DNA of 51,275 nt from Xanthomonas sp. (GCA_020693165.1 JAIMJQ010000007.1:1-51275), one strand, 5' to 3'; shown: positions 15,217 through 26,022, numbered from the stretch's first letter. Made by a program: numbers and translations. The notes: a model not told the origin generated them from the sequence alone.

Positions 15217-16116
15217 ATGACCAAGCCCAGAGACAGACTTCGCATCGCCGTGCAGAAATCCGGTCGACTTTCCGAGTCGTCGCAGGACCTGCTGGCGCGC
15301 TGCGGACTGAAGTTCCGCCAGAGTCGCGACAAGCTGTTCTGCTTCGGCGAGAGTCTGCCGATCGACCTGCTGCTGGTGCGCGACGACGACATTCCCGGGC
15401 TGATTGCGCAGGGCGTGTGTGAGCTCGGCATCGTCGGCCGCAATGTCGCCAGTGAGCAGAGTATTGGCGCTGGCGCCGAAGGAGCGGCAGCCTTCGTCGA
15501 ACTGCGGGAACTCGGGTTCGGCCGTTGCCGGCTGTCGATCGCAGTGCCGCAGGAAGATGCGTATGTCGGGCCCGAGGATCTCGCGGGTCTCCGCATCGCG
15601 ACCAGCTACCCGCACCTGCTGGGCGAGTTCTTGCGCAGCAACGGAGTCGATGCCGAGATCGTCGTCCTCAACGGCTCGGTCGAGATTGCGCCGCGCCTCG
15701 GTACTGCGGATGTGATCTGCGATCTGGTGCAGTCCGGCGGAACCTTGGTCGCCAACCAGCTGCGCGAGGTCGTTTCCATTCTCGACAGCGAAGCGGTTCT
15801 GATCGGAGCGCGCCAGGACTATGCCGACGAGCGCGCGGATCTGCGCGATTTGCTGTTGCGACGTATCGACGGTGTCATCCGCGTGCGCGAATCCAAGCTG
15901 GTGTTGTTCCAGGTCGATGCGGCGCGCCTGGCGGATGTCCTGGCGGTGCTGCCCAAGGGCGATCCAGCTGCAGTCAGCCGACTGCAAACCCCGCTGAGCA
16001 CGCTGTCGGTACAGGCGGTCTGCCACGAGGCCATCACCTGGCAGCACCTTGAAGACCTGAAGCGCGCCGGCGCTGCCCACCTGCTGGTGGTACCGGTGGA
16101 GAAAATGCTGGCATGA
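15217..16116 (+). CDS. hisG: ATP phosphoribosyltransferase (long form)
   Basis: 299 aa. N-terminus LRIAVQKSGRLSE with a C-terminal regulatory domain. First gene of the his cluster. Confidence 0.9.
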   Translation: MTKPRDRLRIAVQKSGRLSESSQDLLARCGLKFRQSRDKLFCFGESLPIDLLLVRDDDIPGLIAQGVCELGIVGRNVASEQSIGAGAEGAAAFVELRELGFGRCRLSIAVPQEDAYVGPEDLAGLRIATSYPHLLGEFLRSNGVDAEIVVLNGSVEIAPRLGTADVICDLVQSGGTLVANQLREVVSILDSEAVLIGARQDYADERADLRDLLLRRIDGVIRVRESKLVLFQVDAARLADVLAVLPKGDPAAVSRLQTPLSTLSVQAVCHEAITWQHLEDLKRAGAAHLLVVPVEKMLA

Positions 16117-17453
16117 GCACGAATTTCCAGTTTTCCGAATTGCGGCGCATACGCTGGGCGCAGGCGACGCCCGAGCAGCGTGCCGACGCACTGGCGCGGC
16201 CGGCGAGCAGCAGCAGCGAGGAGCTGCTGGGCCGCGTGCGGCGCATCCTCGATCAGGTGCGCGCCGATGGCGACAGTGCGTTGCGCGCGCTCACACGGCG
16301 TTTCGACCAGTGCGAACTGGTCGAGTTCGCGGTCGGCGCCGACGAATTTGCCAGCGCTGCTGAGCAATTGAGTGCCGAACTCAAGCAGGCGATTGACGAC
16401 TCGCGGCGTCGCATCGAGCGCTTTCACCGTGAGACCCGGCCGCAACCGATCGCCTTGTCGACGGCTCCCGGCGTGATGTGTGAACGCTTGCCGCTGCCGA
16501 TCGTCAACGTCGGTCTGTACGTGCCCGCCGGCAGTGCGCCGCTGCCGTCGACGGCGTTGATGCTGTGTATTCCAGCGCGCCTGGCCGGCTGCCGCGAGAT
16601 CGTGCTGTGTACGCCGCCGCGCGCCGACGGCAGCGCCGATCCCGCGGTGCTTTACGCCGCACAGGCGTGCGGCGTCACCCGCGTCTACAAGCTGGGTGGC
16701 GTCCAGGCGATCGGCGCGATGGCCTACGGTTGCGAGAGCGTGCCGCGCTGCGACAAGATTTTCGGGCCCGGCAACGCCTACGTCACAGCGGCCAAGCTGC
16801 TGGTGTCGCAGGAGACGGGAGGGGTGGCGATCGACATGCCGGCCGGACCCTCGGAAGTGCTGGTAGTCGCCGACGCCATGGCCGAACCGGAGTTCGTCGC
16901 CGCCGACCTGCTGTCGCAGGCCGAGCACGGCCCCGATTCGCAGACGCTGCTGGTGACCGACAACCCGACTCTGGTGGAAGCCGTCGATGAGGCGCTGGCG
17001 ATGCTGTTGCGCGATCTGCCGCGCGCCGACCAGGCGTGCAGGGCGCTCGCACACAGTCGAGCCGTCATCGTCGACGACCTCGACCAGGCCATCAAGGTGT
17101 CCAACGCCTACGCGCCCGAGCACCTGATCCTCAATGTCGCCGATCCGCGCCGATTGCTGCTGTCGGTCGAGAACGCCGGCTCGGTGTTCCTCGGACGCTA
17201 CACGCCGGAGTCGCTCGGCGATTACACCAGCGGCACCAACCACGTGCTTCCGACCTACGGCCACGCGCGCACGCTCAGCGGATTGTCGGTGCAGAGCTTC
17301 CAGAAGCTGGTCACGGTACAGGAGGCCAGCGCTGAAGGGCTGAAGGCGATCGGCCCGACTGCGATCACGCTGGCGCATGCCGAGGGCCTGCATGCGCACG
17401 CGCTGGCAGTGCAACTGCGTCTGCGCGCGATCGCCAGCGAGGGTCGCCCATGA
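16113..17453 (+). CDS. hisD: histidinol dehydrogenase
   Basis: 446 aa. Motifs AGPSEVLVVAD, SQAEHGPDSQ and YAPEHL. ATGA overlap with hisG. Confidence 0.95.
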   Translation: MSTNFQFSELRRIRWAQATPEQRADALARPASSSSEELLGRVRRILDQVRADGDSALRALTRRFDQCELVEFAVGADEFASAAEQLSAELKQAIDDSRRRIERFHRETRPQPIALSTAPGVMCERLPLPIVNVGLYVPAGSAPLPSTALMLCIPARLAGCREIVLCTPPRADGSADPAVLYAAQACGVTRVYKLGGVQAIGAMAYGCESVPRCDKIFGPGNAYVTAAKLLVSQETGGVAIDMPAGPSEVLVVADAMAEPEFVAADLLSQAEHGPDSQTLLVTDNPTLVEAVDEALAMLLRDLPRADQACRALAHSRAVIVDDLDQAIKVSNAYAPEHLILNVADPRRLLLSVENAGSVFLGRYTPESLGDYTSGTNHVLPTYGHARTLSGLSVQSFQKLVTVQEASAEGLKAIGPTAITLAHAEGLHAHALAVQLRLRAIASEGRP

Positions 17454-18505
17454 GCGTGCTCGATCTCGCGCGTCCGGAATTGTTGGCGCTGAAACCCTAC
17501 AGCTCGGCGCGCATGGAGGCCGGGCACGCCGCGGTGATGCTGAATGCCAACGAGTCGCCGTACCCGCCGTTCGCCGGCGATACCCTGGAGTTGAACCGCT
17601 ATCCCGATCCGCAGCCGGCGGCACTGCTTGACCGGCTGGCGCAGACTTATGGCGTCAGTGCAGCGCAGATCTTCGTTGGTCGCGGCAGCGACGAGGCGAT
17701 CGACCTGCTGGTGCGTGCTTTTTGCCGTGCCGGGCGCGATGCGCTGCTGATCTCGCCGCCGACCTTCGGCATGTATGCGGTGGCGGCCGGTGTTCAGGGT
17801 GCCGACGTCATCTCGGTGCCACTCAAACCCGATCGCCACTTCGAGCTGGATGCCGATGCGCTGCTGGCGGCAGCCGACAGCCAACCGGTCAAGCTGGTCT
17901 TCGTGTGCACGCCAAACAACCCGACCGGCGGTAGCGTCCCGGCTGAGCGCGTTCGCGGGCTGGCAACGGCGCTCGTCGGTCGTGCGTTGGTGGTCGTCGA
18001 CGAGGCTTACGCCGAATTTTCTGAAAGCCCGTCGTTGGCCCTGAGCGTTGCTGAATTTCCCAACCTGGTGGTCCTGCGCACCCTGTCGAAGGCTTACGGA
18101 CTTGCCGGTGCGCGCCTTGGCGTATTGATTGCCAGTTCCGAAATCATTGGTCTGATCCGCCGGATCATGGCGCCGTACCCGGTGCCGACGCCGTGCCTGG
18201 CGGCAGCGCTGGCGGCGTTTGCACCCGAAGCCAGCGCGGCGCGCGCCGAGCACCTGGCGGCCACTTGCGCCGAGCGAGTGCGCCTGGCTGCAGCGTTGAG
18301 TGCGCATCCAGGCGTGCGCCATGTGTGGCCGAGCGATGCCAATTTCGTGGCTTTTCGCGTCGACGATGCCCGCGCAACATGGCGCCGCCTGCTAGATGCC
18401 GGCGTGATCGTACGCGATGTCAGTCATTACCTCGGGCTGGCCAACTGCCTGCGCGTCAGCATCGGCACGCCGGCCGAAAATGACGCGTTCCTCGCTGCGT
18501 TGTAG
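17450..18505 (+). CDS. hisC: histidinol-phosphate aminotransferase
   Basis: 351 aa. Motifs NANESPY and RTLSKAYGLAGARLG (PLP lysine). Overlaps the hisD stop. Confidence 0.9.
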   Translation: MSVLDLARPELLALKPYSSARMEAGHAAVMLNANESPYPPFAGDTLELNRYPDPQPAALLDRLAQTYGVSAAQIFVGRGSDEAIDLLVRAFCRAGRDALLISPPTFGMYAVAAGVQGADVISVPLKPDRHFELDADALLAAADSQPVKLVFVCTPNNPTGGSVPAERVRGLATALVGRALVVVDEAYAEFSESPSLALSVAEFPNLVVLRTLSKAYGLAGARLGVLIASSEIIGLIRRIMAPYPVPTPCLAAALAAFAPEASAARAEHLAATCAERVRLAAALSAHPGVRHVWPSDANFVAFRVDDARATWRRLLDAGVIVRDVSHYLGLANCLRVSIGTPAENDAFLAAL

Positions 18506-18569
18506 GAGCGACGTGTACGCCGCGACCATCGCACGACAGGACCCCCGGTCGCGACGTACACGTCGCTCC
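18502..18569 (+). repeat. REP hairpin with 23-nt arms starting at GTAG, overlapping the hisC stop codon
   Basis: GGAGCGACGTGTACGCCGCGACC (18505-18527) pairs with GGTCGCGACGTACACGTCGCTCC (18547-18569), one mismatch and a 19-nt loop. A related single copy is at 34811-34832. Confidence 0.85.
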
Positions 18570-18599
18570 AACACCAACAACTGACACCATAACCACCCC

Positions 18600-19661
18600 A
18601 TGCGCAAGATCCTCTTCATCGACCGCGACGGCACGCTGATCGAAGAACCTGCCGACGAGCAGATCGATTCTTTCGACAAGCTGCGCCTGTTGCCTGACGT
18701 CATCGTGCCGCTCCGGCGCCTTGCCGACGCCGGCTATGAGCTGGTCATGGTGACCAATCAGGATGGACTTGGGACCGCGAGCTTCCCGGAGCTATCGTTC
18801 TGGCCGGCGCACAACCTGCTGCTGCACATCCTCGAGTCGCAGGGGATCGGCTTTGCGGCGATCCGCATCGACCGGCATTTTCCGCACGAGGCCAGTGATA
18901 CGCGCAAGCCGAAGGTCGGGCTGATGCTCGATTACCTTGCCGACCCGGGTTGGGATCGCAGCCGCAGCGCGGTGATCGGCGATCGCGATACCGATCTGGA
19001 GTTCGCGAAGAACCTCGGCGTTGCCGGAATCCGCTGTGGTCCCAAGGGTCTGTCGTGGCCGCAGATCGCGCGGCAACTGCTGGATGCGCCGCGGATCGCG
19101 CAGATCGTGCGCGCTACCAGGGAAACCCGGATCGAAGTTTGCGTCGATCTCGACGCGGAGACTGCGCCGGAAATCAGTACCGGTCTGGGATTCTTCGATC
19201 ACATGCTGGAGCAACTCGGCAAGCACGGCGGTTTCGGCCTGAAGCTGAAATGCGTTGGCGACCTGCATATCGACGAGCACCACACCGTCGAGGACTCGGC
19301 GCTGGCGCTCGGGCAGGCGCTGAAGCAGGCGCTCGGGGACAAGCGCGGCATCGGTCGTTATGGCTTCACGTTGCCGATGGACGAGACGCTGGCGCAGGCG
19401 GCGCTCGATCTGTCCGGGCGGGCCTGGCTGGAGTTCGACGGCAAGTTCCCGCGCGAGCGCGTCGGCGAGTTGCCGACTGAACTGGTGCCGCATTTCTTCC
19501 GTTCCCTGTGTGACACGCTGGGCGCCAACCTGCATCTGACGGTGCGCGGCGACAACGCCCATCACATGGTCGAAGCCTGCTTCAAGGTGGTCGCACGCAC
19601 CTTCAGGCAGGCGTTCAGGCGCGACGGCGATGTGTTGCCGAGCACCAAGGGCGTGCTGTGA
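18600..19661 (+). CDS. hisB: bifunctional histidinol-phosphatase / imidazoleglycerol-phosphate dehydratase
   Basis: 353 aa. HAD motif [12 protein letters not shown], then IGPD motifs [14 protein letters not shown] and [11 protein letters not shown]. Confidence 0.95.
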   Translation: MRKILFIDRDGTLIEEPADEQIDSFDKLRLLPDVIVPLRRLADAGYELVMVTNQDGLGTASFPELSFWPAHNLLLHILESQGIGFAAIRIDRHFPHEASDTRKPKVGLMLDYLADPGWDRSRSAVIGDRDTDLEFAKNLGVAGIRCGPKGLSWPQIARQLLDAPRIAQIVRATRETRIEVCVDLDAETAPEISTGLGFFDHMLEQLGKHGGFGLKLKCVGDLHIDEHHTVEDSALALGQALKQALGDKRGIGRYGFTLPMDETLAQAALDLSGRAWLEFDGKFPRERVGELPTELVPHFFRSLCDTLGANLHLTVRGDNAHHMVEACFKVVARTFRQAFRRDGDVLPSTKGVL

Positions 19662-20443
19662 GTACCGTCGTCGTCGATTCCGGCGTTGCCAACGTCGGCT
19701 CGGTGGTTGCGGCGCTGGAGCGGTTGCAGGCGAAAGTCATCATCAGTCGCGATTGGGAGGTGATCCGTCAGGCTGCTCGTGTCTTGCTCCCCGGCGTTGG
19801 CGCCGCGGCGGCGGCCATGCGTGAACTCGATCGGCTGGGGCTTGTCGAGCGGCTGCCGACGCTGACGCAACCGGTGCTCGGCGTGTGCCTGGGGATGCAG
19901 TTGATGTTCGAGGGGTCGGAGGAGGGCGGGGAGCTCGAAGCCGGGACTCGGGACTCGGGACTCGGGACTCGGGACTCGGCTGTTCAGAGTGAGAATGCAT
20001 CCCGGCTCGTGCGTGTGAATCTGCCGGATCATCGCGGCAGACTCCCCACTGGCCACCAACCCGAGTCCCGAGTCCCGAGTCCCGAGTCCCGGCGGTTGGC
20101 CGTCCCCTGCCTCGGTATCCTCCCCGGCCACGTTCGCCGCCTTCCCGAATCCCCCGGCGTACGCATCCCGCACATGGGCTGGAACGCGCTGATCCCGCGT
20201 CGACCGCATGCGCTGGTCGCCGGCCTTGGCGAGCGCGACTACGCCTATTTCGTGCACAGCTTTGGCGCCGCCGAGAGCGAGCTGACGCTGATGGCTTGCG
20301 AGCACGGCAGCACCTTCTCGGCGGTCGTCGCGCGTGGCAATTTCATGGGTGCGCAGTTCCATCCGGAGCGCTCGGCTGCTGTCGGGGCGCGCCTGCTCGA
20401 CAACTTCCTCAATCTCGATCTGGAGGCGCTCGGGCGATGTTGA
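19658..20443 (+). CDS. hisH: imidazole glycerol phosphate synthase, glutaminase subunit, with an in-frame insertion of about 57 aa
   Basis: 261 aa against about 200 aa typical. GVCLGMQL (catalytic Cys) and QFHPERS are present. Residues about 92-148 are encoded by a palindromic repeat element. GTG start overlapping the hisB stop. Confidence 0.85.
   Translation: MSTVVVDSGVANVGSVVAALERLQAKVIISRDWEVIRQAARVLLPGVGAAAAAMRELDRLGLVERLPTLTQPVLGVCLGMQLMFEGSEEGGELEAGTRDSGLGTRDSAVQSENASRLVRVNLPDHRGRLPTGHQPESRVPSPESRRLAVPCLGILPGHVRRLPESPGVRIPHMGWNALIPRRPHALVAGLGERDYAYFVHSFGAAESELTLMACEHGSTFSAVVARGNFMGAQFHPERSAAVGARLLDNFLNLDLEALGRC
19943..20090. repeat. Intragenic palindromic element: (GGGACTC)x5, core, (GAGTCCC)x4
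   Basis: Five perfect heptamers at 19943-19977 and four complementary heptamers at 20063-20090. The 85-nt centre starts CTGTTCAGAGTGAGAATGCATCCCGG, related to the TGTTCG core start. Confidence 0.85.
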
Positions 20444-21168
20444 TCTATCCCGCAATCGATCTTCGCGGCGGGCGCGTCGTGCGCCTGCAGAAGGGCGACT
20501 ACGATCGCGAGCAGCGCTATGAACTTGATCCGCTGGAGCTGGCGCGATCGTATGCCGATGCTGGCGCGACCTGGCTGCACGTGGTCGACCTCGATGGTGC
20601 ACGCTCCGGCGACAGCGCCAATCTCGCCGCGATCGAAGCGATCGCCACGCAGGTGTCGATGCACGTGCAGGCGGGCGGTGGCGTGCGCAGCGAAGATGAC
20701 TTCAAGCGCTTCATCGACGCCGGTGTCTCGCGCGTGGTCATCGGTAGCCTCGCGGTGCGCGAGCCGGATCGGGTCGGGGCGCTGCGCTGGCGCCATGGCA
20801 GCGACAGCCTGACGCTGGCGCTGGACGCGCGCGCCGACGCCGAGGGCGTCTTTCGCGTCGCAACTGCAGGCTGGAAGACCATCGAGAGCGTCGCGCTGAG
20901 TGCGCTGCTGGTGCAGTTTGCCGCACAGGGCTTCGAGCATTTTCTGGTGACCGACATCGATCGCGACGGCATGCTCGCGGGCCCCAATGTGGGACTCTAC
21001 CGGGCGCTGCGCGAACTGGCGCCGCAGGCGGAAATTCAAGCTTCGGGTGGCGTACAGGGGCTCGAAGACCTGTCAGCGCTGCGCACTCTGGGTGTCGCCG
21101 GCGTGGTCATCGGCAAGGCCTTGCTCGATGGACGCTTTTCGCTACCAGAGGCGCTGCAGAACTCATGA
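20437..21168 (+). CDS. hisA: 1-(5-phosphoribosyl)-5-[(5-phosphoribosylamino)methylideneamino]imidazole-4-carboxamide isomerase
   Basis: 243 aa from the ATG at 20437 ([17 protein letters not shown]), overlapping the hisH stop. Confidence 0.9.
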   Translation: MLIYPAIDLRGGRVVRLQKGDYDREQRYELDPLELARSYADAGATWLHVVDLDGARSGDSANLAAIEAIATQVSMHVQAGGGVRSEDDFKRFIDAGVSRVVIGSLAVREPDRVGALRWRHGSDSLTLALDARADAEGVFRVATAGWKTIESVALSALLVQFAAQGFEHFLVTDIDRDGMLAGPNVGLYRALRELAPQAEIQASGGVQGLEDLSALRTLGVAGVVIGKALLDGRFSLPEALQNS

Positions 21169-21932
21169 TCGCCCGCCGCATCATTCCATGCCTCGACGTA
21201 CGCGACGGCCAGGTCGTCAAAGGCGTGCGTTTCCGCGATCACGTGGTGATGGGCGAGATCATCGACCTGGCCCTGCGTTATCGCGACGCGGGCGCCGACG
21301 AACTGGTGTTCTACGACATCACCGCCAGTCCGCAGGGACGCAGCGTCGACCGCGACTGGGTGCAGCGGGTGGCGCGCGCCATCGACATTCCGTTTTGCGT
21401 CGCCGGCGGTATCCGCAGTGTAGTCGATGCCCGCGCCGTGCTCTACGCCGGTGCCGACAAGATCTCGGTGAACTCGCCGGCGCTGGAGAATCCCGACCTG
21501 ATCGATGCCCTGGCAACCGAGTTCGGCACCCAGTGCATCGTCGTCGGCATCGACAGCCGCGAGTTTGCGGGCGAGTACCGCGTCAACCAGTACACCGGCG
21601 ACCCGGAGAAGTCGCGCGAACTGGCGCGACGCACGCTCGACTGGGTTCCAGAGGTGCAGCAGCGCGGCGCTGGAGAGATCGTGCTCAATTGCATGAATGT
21701 CGACGGCGTGCGCCGGGGCTTCGATATCCGGCAGTTGCAGGCCGTGCGGCAGATCTGCAAGGTGCCGCTGATTGCATCCGGTGGCGCCGGCACGATCGAG
21801 CACTTTGCGCAGGTGTTCGAGCAGGCCGATGTCGATGGCGCGCTGGCGGCCAGTGTGTTCCATTCTGGCGAAATCGCCATTCCCGACCTGAAGCGGGCAT
21901 TGATCGGACGCGGCATTGCGATCCGTGCGTGA
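21165..21932 (+). CDS. hisF: imidazole glycerol phosphate synthase, cyclase subunit
   Basis: 255 aa. Motifs [16 protein letters not shown] and IASGGAG. Confidence 0.95.
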   Translation: MIARRIIPCLDVRDGQVVKGVRFRDHVVMGEIIDLALRYRDAGADELVFYDITASPQGRSVDRDWVQRVARAIDIPFCVAGGIRSVVDARAVLYAGADKISVNSPALENPDLIDALATEFGTQCIVVGIDSREFAGEYRVNQYTGDPEKSRELARRTLDWVPEVQQRGAGEIVLNCMNVDGVRRGFDIRQLQAVRQICKVPLIASGGAGTIEHFAQVFEQADVDGALAASVFHSGEIAIPDLKRALIGRGIAIRA

Positions 21933-22005
21933 ATAACGGTCCTCGCAGACCGCGGCTGCCGGGACGGTGGCCTTCCACCACAAATTACGACCACGGGGCT
22001 GATCG

Positions 22006-22614
22006 ATGACCGCACTTCCCAACCCTGCCGATATCGATTGGTCCAAGGGCCTGCTTCCGGCGATTGTCCAGGATGTCGACAGCGGCCTGGTGCTGATGCT
22101 CGGCTACATGAACGCCGAGGCGCTGGCGGCGACCATCGCGAGTGGGCATGTGACCTTCTACAGCCGCAGCAAGCAGCGCCTGTGGACCAAGGGCGAAACC
22201 AGCGGCAACGTGCTGGAGTTGCGCTCGATGGCGCTGGATTGCGATGGCGACACCTTGCTGCTGCTGGCGCGACCGCACGGGCCGACCTGCCACCAGGGCA
22301 CGACCACTTGTTTCGGCGATTTCCCGGGACCCGAGTCCGCCTTCCTCGGTCAACTCGGCCGTTTGGTCGAACAGCGCCACACGGATCGCCCGGCGGGCAG
22401 TTACACCACCAGATTGTTCGAATCCGGCACTCGGCGCATCGCCCAGAAGGTCGGCGAGGAGGGAGTCGAAACCGCGCTGGCCGCAGTCGCCCAAGGTCGC
22501 GACGACCTGCTCGCCGAGGCCTCCGATCTGCTCTATCACCTGTTGGTGCTGTTGCGTGACCGCGGGCTCGGCCTCGATGACCTCGCCCGCACGCTGCGAG
22601 CACGGATCAAGTAG
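22006..22614 (+). CDS. hisI: bifunctional phosphoribosyl-AMP cyclohydrolase / phosphoribosyl-ATP pyrophosphatase
   Basis: 202 aa. LLPAIVQD and [16 protein letters not shown] (HisI), then a C-terminal HisE-like helix bundle. Confidence 0.9.
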   Translation: MTALPNPADIDWSKGLLPAIVQDVDSGLVLMLGYMNAEALAATIASGHVTFYSRSKQRLWTKGETSGNVLELRSMALDCDGDTLLLLARPHGPTCHQGTTTCFGDFPGPESAFLGQLGRLVEQRHTDRPAGSYTTRLFESGTRRIAQKVGEEGVETALAAVAQGRDDLLAEASDLLYHLLVLLRDRGLGLDDLARTLRARIK

Positions 22615-22648
22615 CCGTTGCCTGGGTGGGTCCGGACCTGGTCCGGAC
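22611..22648 (+). repeat. GTAG-initiated REP after hisIE (GTGGGTCCGGACCTGGTCCGGAC)
   Basis: The stop TAG at 22612-22614 lies within GTAG. 22626-22648 is the same self-palindromic REP family as 10504-10525. May double as the his operon terminator hairpin. Confidence 0.65.
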
Positions 22649-22733
22649 GCTCTCCCGGGCACTTTGTGGAGATTCCAAGGAATCGTCCGGCTGACGCTGT
22701 TGCGAACGAAGCCGACGCGCTAACGTCCGCGCC

Positions 22734-24188
22734 ATGCTCCGCATCAAGCTTTGGCATCGGGTGTTCGTGGTGACCGCGCTGGCCACACTGCTGGCGGTGG
22801 CGACCATGCTTGTCGTCCAGCAGCAGACCTTCCGCGATGGCCTGCTCGATTACGTCAACCAGATCGATCGCGAGCATGCGCAGGGAGTGGTTCCCGCTTT
22901 TGCGAACGAGTACCGCGAAGCGGGCGACTGGACCCGTTTGCGCGCCAATCCGATGCGCTTTCGCTGGTTGCTGGAACAGACCAACGGCGTTGGTCGTGGC
23001 TTCGGTCGACCGCCGCCGGAGATGCGCGCTGATGGTCGTGGGCCTTTCCCGGGTGCTGGCCCGCCGCCCCGGCCCGGCGCGTTCGCGCCACCCGGCGAAG
23101 GCGAGGGCGATGGGCGGCGACGAAGGTACGCGATCTACGATGTCGACGGCCAACCGGTGATCGGCCCGCCGCAACCCTGGCCGAATGCGGTATCGCTGCC
23201 GATCGTCGTCGACAGTCGCACCGTCGGCAACCTGCTGGTGCAGCCACTCCCGCGCCTCGAGAGCAGCTTCGATCTCGACTTTGCGCGATCGCAGTTGACC
23301 CGCGGCGTGGTCACCGCGCTGGTGGTGCTGGTCCTGGCAATCGTCGCGTCGATCGTGTTCGCGCGCCGTCTGGTGGCGCCGTTGAGATGGATGGCTGACC
23401 GCGCCAAGCGCATCGCCAGCGGCGACTATGCGGCGCGCGTGGCGAGCCAGCGCAGCGACGAAATTGGCGAACTGGGTCGTGAGTTCGATGCGATGGCTGA
23501 GGCGTTGCAGCGCAATCTCGATGCGCGCCAGCGCTGGACGGCGGAGATCAGCCACGAACTGCGCACGCCGATCGCGGTCATGCGTGCAGAGCTGGATGCG
23601 CTGGAAGACGGCGTGCGCAAGTTCGATGACGCGGCGCTGCGTTCGCTGAGTGCCGAAGCCCATCGCCTTACGCGGCTGGTCGAGGATCTCTACCAGCTGT
23701 CGCTGGCCGATGCCGGCGCTTTGGCCTACCGTTTCGAGGACATCGATCTGGCCGGGTTGCTTCGCGAGGTCATCCAGACGCAGGCACCAGCGTTTGCCAG
23801 GGCCGGCCTGCAGGTCGCGACCGATCTGCCAGCGTCGGCGATGGTGCGCGCCGATGGTGGACGGGCGCTGCAGTTGTTCGCCAACCTCGCCGCCAACAGC
23901 TGCCGCTACACCGACGCCGGTGGGGAGGTCAGGCTGTCGTTGCGCGATCATGGAAGCTGCTGGCGGATTTGCTGGGAAGATTCCGCTCCGGGTGTGCCGG
24001 CCGCTGCGCTGGCGCGGCTGTTCGACCCGCTGTTTCGGGTCGATACCTCGCGCAGTCGTGCGGCCGGTGGCGCCGGACTTGGTCTCGCCATCGCCCGGCG
24101 CATCGCCGAGGCGCACGCTGCGAGCATCGTCGCCGAGGCTTCCACGCTGGGCGGTCTTCGAATCCTGATCGACTGGCCGAAAGCATGA
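22734..24188 (+). CDS. two-component sensor histidine kinase (HAMP-HisKA-HATPase, BaeS/CpxA-like)
   Basis: 484 aa with an N-terminal TM segment and a Pro/Gly-rich periplasmic segment. H-box EISHELRTP and G-box [10 protein letters not shown]. Confidence 0.85.
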   Translation: MLRIKLWHRVFVVTALATLLAVATMLVVQQQTFRDGLLDYVNQIDREHAQGVVPAFANEYREAGDWTRLRANPMRFRWLLEQTNGVGRGFGRPPPEMRADGRGPFPGAGPPPRPGAFAPPGEGEGDGRRRRYAIYDVDGQPVIGPPQPWPNAVSLPIVVDSRTVGNLLVQPLPRLESSFDLDFARSQLTRGVVTALVVLVLAIVASIVFARRLVAPLRWMADRAKRIASGDYAARVASQRSDEIGELGREFDAMAEALQRNLDARQRWTAEISHELRTPIAVMRAELDALEDGVRKFDDAALRSLSAEAHRLTRLVEDLYQLSLADAGALAYRFEDIDLAGLLREVIQTQAPAFARAGLQVATDLPASAMVRADGGRALQLFANLAANSCRYTDAGGEVRLSLRDHGSCWRICWEDSAPGVPAAALARLFDPLFRVDTSRSRAAGGAGLGLAIARRIAEAHAASIVAEASTLGGLRILIDWPKA

Positions 24189-24883
24189 GTCAGATCCGCG
24201 GCAAGCGCGTCATGATCGTCGAAGACGAGCGCAAGCTCGCCGAGGTGCTGCGCGACTACCTGATCGCCGATGGCGCATGGGTCGAACTGGTTCACCACGG
24301 CAACGATGCGCTGCCCGCTTTTCGCGCAGCACCCCCGGATCTGCTGCTGCTCGACCTGATGTTGCCGGGCACTGATGGACTGACCATCTGCCGCGAAGTT
24401 CGGCGCTCGTCGACGCTGCCGATCATCATGGTGACCGCGCGCGTCGAGGAGATCGACCGTCTGCTCGGACTGGAGCTGGGTGCCGACGACTACATCTGCA
24501 AACCGTTCAGTCCGCGCGAGGTGGTGGCGCGGGTGCGCGCGTTGTTGCGCCGCGCATGCCAGTGGCAGGGGGAAACCGCGCGCGCGCCGGGCGCCGAACT
24601 GGAACTGGACGAGGAACGCTTCGAGGCGCGCTGGCGCAGTCACGAGCTCGACCTGACGGTGGTCGAATTTCGCCTGCTGAAGGCATTGGCGCACCGACCC
24701 GGCCACGTGCTGTCGCGCACGCAGCTGATGGAGCAACTGTATGTCGACCACCGCATCGTCTCCGACCGCACCGTCGACAGCCACATCAAGAATCTGCGCC
24801 GCAAGTTCGAGGACGTCGCCGCCGGCAGCGACCCGATCCGTTCGATCTACGGGGTGGGGTACAAGTTCGAGCCTTCAGATTGA
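24185..24883 (+). CDS. OmpR-family response regulator
   Basis: 232 aa from the ATG at 24185 (ATGA overlap with the kinase stop). Receiver motifs [16 protein letters not shown] and KPF, with a winged-helix C-terminus. Confidence 0.9.
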   Translation: MSQIRGKRVMIVEDERKLAEVLRDYLIADGAWVELVHHGNDALPAFRAAPPDLLLLDLMLPGTDGLTICREVRRSSTLPIIMVTARVEEIDRLLGLELGADDYICKPFSPREVVARVRALLRRACQWQGETARAPGAELELDEERFEARWRSHELDLTVVEFRLLKALAHRPGHVLSRTQLMEQLYVDHRIVSDRTVDSHIKNLRRKFEDVAAGSDPIRSIYGVGYKFEPSD

Positions 24884-24977
24884 TGCGTTGCAGGTACGTA
24901 GCGGTTCGTGGGTCACGTAGCCCCTCGGGCAACCTGACCTGCCGAAAGAGTGACCGGAATGCCCATAGAAGAGCGGA

Positions 24978-25550
24978 TCAACTTCCGCCAAGTGCACCCA
25001 TGAATTGCCGGTAGTGGCGAAGTTCCGCAATCGAATCGCGGATATCCGCCAGCGCCAGATGCGCGCCGTCCTTCTTCAGGCTCGCCAGCACCTGCGGTGC
25101 CCAGCGCCGGGCCAGTTCCTTGACCGTGCTGACATCCAGATTGCGGTAATGGAAGTAACTCTCCAGCGCCGGCATTTGCCGGTGCAGGAAGCGCCGGTCC
25201 TGGCAGATCGAGTTGCCGCAGATCGGAGAGGCGCGCTCAGGGACCCACTGGCGCAGAAACGCGAGCGTTTGCGCCTCGGCGTCGGCGAGAGATACCGTCG
25301 ACGCCAGACAGCGCTGCCACAGTCCGCTCTTGCCGTGCTGGTTGCGGTTCCAGTCGTCCATGGCCTGCAGCCGCGCAAGTGGCGTCGCGATCGCCAGCAT
25401 CGGGCCCTCGGCCAGCTCGTTCAGGTACTTGTCGGTCACCAGCGTCGCGATTTCGATGATCGAATCGTTGTCGGTATCGAGGCCCGTCATCTCCAGGTCG
25501 ATCCAGATCAGGCGCTCGGCCGAATCGGTGTTGCTCGTTGACTCAGTCAC
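24978..25550 (-). CDS. orn: oligoribonuclease
   Basis: DEDDh motifs [24 protein letters not shown] and [14 protein letters not shown]. There is no in-frame ATG near the conserved N-terminus, so the GTG at 25550 was chosen ([16 protein letters not shown]). Overlaps tadA by 8 nt. Confidence 0.8.
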   Translation of the reverse strand: MTESTSNTDSAERLIWIDLEMTGLDTDNDSIIEIATLVTDKYLNELAEGPMLAIATPLARLQAMDDWNRNQHGKSGLWQRCLASTVSLADAEAQTLAFLRQWVPERASPICGNSICQDRRFLHRQMPALESYFHYRNLDVSTVKELARRWAPQVLASLKKDGAHLALADIRDSIAELRHYRQFMGALGGS

Positions 25551-26022
25551 CGTTCCTGCGCTCCTTCTCTTGCGCCCGTTTCGATCTGAAGAATGCCCGC
25601 AATCGCTCGCCGGATTCCAGCGCCATGACGCCGCGTACCACCTCGACGCGATGGTTGTGACGCGGGTCGGCGAGCACGTCGAACACGCTGCCGACGGCGC
25701 CGGTCTTGGGATCATCTGCCGCGAATACCAGTCGCTCCAGTCGCGCATGAACCATGGCACCGGCACACATGAGGCAGGGCTCCAGTGTGCAGTAGAGCGT
25801 CGCCCCGACCAGCCGATGATTGTCGACTGCACGGCCCGCGGCGCGCAGCGCAACGATCTCCGCATGCGCGCTCGGATCGCGGTCGATGATGTTGCGGTTG
25901 TAGCCACGGCCGATGATCTGGTCGTCGAGCACTACCAGCGCCGCCACCGGCACCTCGCCCAGTTCCTCCGCCGCAGCGGCGAGGGTCAGGGTTTCGCGCA
26001 TCCAGTCGAGGTGGGTGGGCAT
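25543..26022 (-). CDS. tadA: tRNA adenosine(34) deaminase
   Basis: 159 aa. Zinc motifs HAEIVALR and EPCLMCAGA. Confidence 0.9.
   Translation of the reverse strand: MPTHLDWMRETLTLAAAAEELGEVPVAALVVLDDQIIGRGYNRNIIDRDPSAHAEIVALRAAGRAVDNHRLVGATLYCTLEPCLMCAGAMVHARLERLVFAADDPKTGAVGSVFDVLADPRHNHRVEVVRGVMALESGERLRAFFRSKRAQEKERRNGD

Noticed and set aside
15099-15422. ORF encoding a Q/P/T/N-rich peptide (MTSNQQPATNIHQPTTNNQQPTT...) across the CA-rich array.
   Set aside because: The peptide is simply the translation of the (CAACCA)n microsatellite and then runs out of frame into hisG. The real hisG frame starts at 15217.
19658-20443. The oversize hisH, considered as a frameshifted or fused pseudogene.
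   Set aside because: The 261-codon frame is continuous. Both flanks of the insert are bona fide HisH sequence in the same frame, and the catalytic Cys and HPE motifs are retained. It is therefore called an in-frame insertion, not a pseudogene.
22615-22733. Possible small gene or regulatory RNA between hisIE and the sensor kinase.
   Set aside because: It contains only the GTAG-REP (22611-22648) and ordinary spacer, with no ORF and no conserved-looking structure beyond the REP palindrome.
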